The notes below the pieces were generated by a model, which made no database searches, was not told the origin of the DNA, and was given only the letters and a program-made list of their open reading frames with translations. DNA of 63,996 nt, the filler included, from Barthelona sp. PAP020 (Eukaryota), in NCBI GenBank assembly GCA_040182905.1. It is 3 parts of 3 records of this genome, joined end to end, with 100 filler letters (N's around TTAATTAATTAA, not from the genome) between each part and the next. Parts side by side here need not be neighbours in the genome. Positions count along the whole stretch, not along the records: positions 48,749 to 63,996 come from JARQWU010000285.1; 2 more parts are not named here. The stretch is one strand, 5' to 3'. How positions within the stretch are numbered: position 1 is the stretch's first letter; every line of letters starts with the position of its first letter. A program made the translations under genes and the position numbers. Below, in pieces: positions 62,199 to 63,996 of the stretch.

Positions 62199-62873
62199 TT
62201 ATTGATTACAAAGTTCTTCAACAAGTTCTGCAAGACGGTCCAACCATCTACCAGTTTGTTGAAAATATTCACAATTAACGCAGTGTTCCACTTCATTTAA
62301 AATAGGTTCTAACCCACATGAACACAAAGGCGTCAATGTTCTTGAATTTTGGCATAAAATTTGTTTTAGCCTGTTATGTAAAGCTTGTTTAAATCGAAGC
62401 ATTCTTATTTCTTCACATTCTGGCTCAATTTTTTTTATTGTTCTTCGAACTTTCTTTTTAGGTTTTTGTAATTCAGCATCTTTGACATTTGTTACAACTA
62501 AGGTTTTTTCTAATTTATTTTCCAGTGACGAACTCTTTTTCTTCTTTATTTTAAGTTTTTTTTTACCATGTGATGGTTTTGGGCATTTTTTCTTTGCTGG
62601 TAAAGATTTTTTTAACATTTGTATACGTTTTTTTTCAATTGCTGCCAACTTCGCTTTTTTGTCCTCTCTTTTTTTCTTTTCATCTAATTCTTTTAACTTT
62701 CTATCTTTGACTTCATTTTGTAATATTTTTTTGGCTCTTTTTTGTATTTCCTTTTGAATTAATAAATGACGAGATTCATCCTTTTTAGATGAAATGTTTT
62801 GCAATAATCGATAAGAAACACCTTCTTTGAAGGCAATATTCCCACTATCATGTGTGTTAAGACATTCAATCAT
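62199..62873 (-). CDS. CCDC15-like centriolar protein
   Basis: Coiled coil plus C-terminal RFKQALHNRL...LTPLCSCG...HCVNCEYF, resembling the CCDC15 Cys-rich C-terminus. Confidence 0.55.
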   Translation of the reverse strand: MIECLNTHDSGNIAFKEGVSYRLLQNISSKKDESRHLLIQKEIQKRAKKILQNEVKDRKLKELDEKKKREDKKAKLAAIEKKRIQMLKKSLPAKKKCPKPSHGKKKLKIKKKKSSSLENKLEKTLVVTNVKDAELQKPKKKVRRTIKKIEPECEEIRMLRFKQALHNRLKQILCQNSRTLTPLCSCGLEPILNEVEHCVNCEYFQQTGRWLDRLAELVEELCNQ

Positions 62874-63011
62874 AAGAAAAACTGTAAAACAAATTCATTC
62901 CCGCTTTTTTATTTTTTACAATATTGGATTCTCAATTTAAAAATCTGCACAAAAAACAAAAAAAACACATATTTATAATGTATTAACAAAAAATATCTGA
63001 AAACATTCAAA

Positions 63012-63584
63012 CTACATTGATTTTGCCCAAACATGTTGAGTATTTTTAAAATAAACAAATCCACTTTGAATAGTAAAAATAATGGTGAGTGTCAACAAAA
63101 AAGGCCAAATGTATCCATATAAAATTGGATGATCTATACTTATCAAATTTGTCCAAAACATTCCTCCAATAATGACAGTTATCATTTGAATTGTTGTTTT
63201 AACTTTACCCCCAGTATTTGCTGCTACAATTATACCCTTAGATGCAACATATCCACGCAAACTTGAAACTGCCAATTCACGTGAAATAACTATAAAAGTT
63301 GTAAAAGCAGGAATCATTCTATAATTTGTTAAAATTACAAACCAGGCAAGAACATATATTTTATCAGCCATTGGATCGAACAATTTTCCAAATGCAGTAA
63401 CCTGCTGATATTTTCTTGCAACAAAACCATCAACCCAATCAGAAACGGCTGCTATAATCATACAAACAAATCCAATTCGCCAAAAAACCAAATGGTATTT
63501 GTTTGAAGGCGGAACAGCTGATGAAGCAATAAAGATAATTGTAAACCACAATCTTGACAAAGTGATTTTGTTGGGAATATTCAT
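63012..63584 (-). CDS. pgsA: CDP-diacylglycerol--glycerol-3-phosphate 3-phosphatidyltransferase (bacterial PgsA type)
   Basis: MNIPNKITLSRL, CDP-alcohol motif DWVDGFVARK...FGKLFDPMADK, SRELAVSSLR, GKVKTTIQM. Confidence 0.88.
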   Translation of the reverse strand: MNIPNKITLSRLWFTIIFIASSAVPPSNKYHLVFWRIGFVCMIIAAVSDWVDGFVARKYQQVTAFGKLFDPMADKIYVLAWFVILTNYRMIPAFTTFIVISRELAVSSLRGYVASKGIIVAANTGGKVKTTIQMITVIIGGMFWTNLISIDHPILYGYIWPFLLTLTIIFTIQSGFVYFKNTQHVWAKSM

Positions 63585-63908
63585 TAAACAAACAAGAAAG
63601 AAAAAAACAAGGAGATTAATTGCAGATAACGAGTCCTCGGTATTTGACAAAATATGCCCTAATCTATAAATTCAAGAATCAAACAACAAATTTAAAACAA
63701 GAAATAAATAAAAAAATTAGCGCTCAAAAACAACTATTTTCCAATAGAAAGTGAAGATACAAGACAAAATAATGACAAGATGTATGATGGAAACAATACC
63801 TGTTTATGAAATTGAATTAAAAAAAAAAAGTTAATAAAATTTCCAAAAAATATAAACCAAAAAAATTTTTTTAATCCTTCTACTTTTATTTCCTTATCGT
63901 CAAACAAT

Positions 63909-63996
63909 ATGGGTTATAGATTGCGTAATAGCAGCAAGACATTTTCCACTCCTCGTCGTCCTTGGGAGAAAGAACGTATTAAAGCCGAACTTCAAT
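63909..63996 (+). CDS. RPS9: 40S ribosomal protein S9 (uS4), 5' end (partial)
   Basis: MGYRLRNSSKTFSTPRRPWEKERIKAELQ matches the S9 N-terminal TPRRP(F/W)EKxR motif. Confidence 0.88.
   Translation, partial: MGYRLRNSSKTFSTPRRPWEKERIKAELQ

Noticed and set aside
105..62757. Many short overlapping or antisense ORFs in the track (e.g. 852-1268, 5835-6278, 8689-9090, 34147-34542, 47029-47705)
   Set aside because: Shadow frames of well-supported genes in AT-rich DNA with no independent motifs.
1..63996. Alternative genetic code or selenocysteine read-through, considered because of yqeB and the metamonad-like features
   Set aside because: Conserved proteins are full length under the standard code and end at TAA, TAG or TGA at expected positions; no in-frame TGA at a conserved Cys position was seen.
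1..63996. tRNA, rRNA or CRISPR loci
   Set aside because: No cloverleaf with T-loop consensus, rRNA-like block or repeat-spacer array was seen by eye; tRNAscan-SE and Infernal would be needed to exclude divergent ncRNAs.

Overview
AT-rich, very gene-dense eukaryotic nuclear DNA using the standard genetic code, with short intergenic gaps and rare ~40-nt spliceosomal introns. Epsilon-tubulin, CFAP74 and a CCDC15-like gene indicate a flagellated protist. The intron 3' architecture (CTAAY-N4-AG) and bacterial-type YqeB and PgsA genes suggest an anaerobic metamonad-like lineage (inference). The window is three contigs (1-24353, 24454-48648, 48749-63996) joined by artificial N44-TTAATTAATTAA-N44 spacers, so adjacency across those joins is not biological. 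Most genes are housekeeping (HSP70 3' end, POLD3, TUBE1, LSm7, DBP10, CAF-1A, RPE, TFIIIC subunit 1, DRG1, RPS12, NUF2, NHP2, RPS9 5' end). Highlights: (1) an integrated bacterial-type yqeB, the marker of labile-selenium molybdenum hydroxylase maturation, sitting among eukaryotic genes; (2) a 37-48 kb accessory island with an ankyrin array, two of three WD40 paralogues that share an unrecognised C-terminal domain (the third is at 26.9 kb), a 'reversed' receptor-like kinase (kinase-coil-TM-WD40), and a kinase/HECT-like pseudogene broken by a clean 370-bp inversion between GATCCA/TGGATC repeats; (3) WD40 C-termini that match this organism's HSP70 tail (EDVDD); (4) an exact 99-bp inverted duplication at a contig start. 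All protein calls come from motif recognition by eye; no database searches were run.
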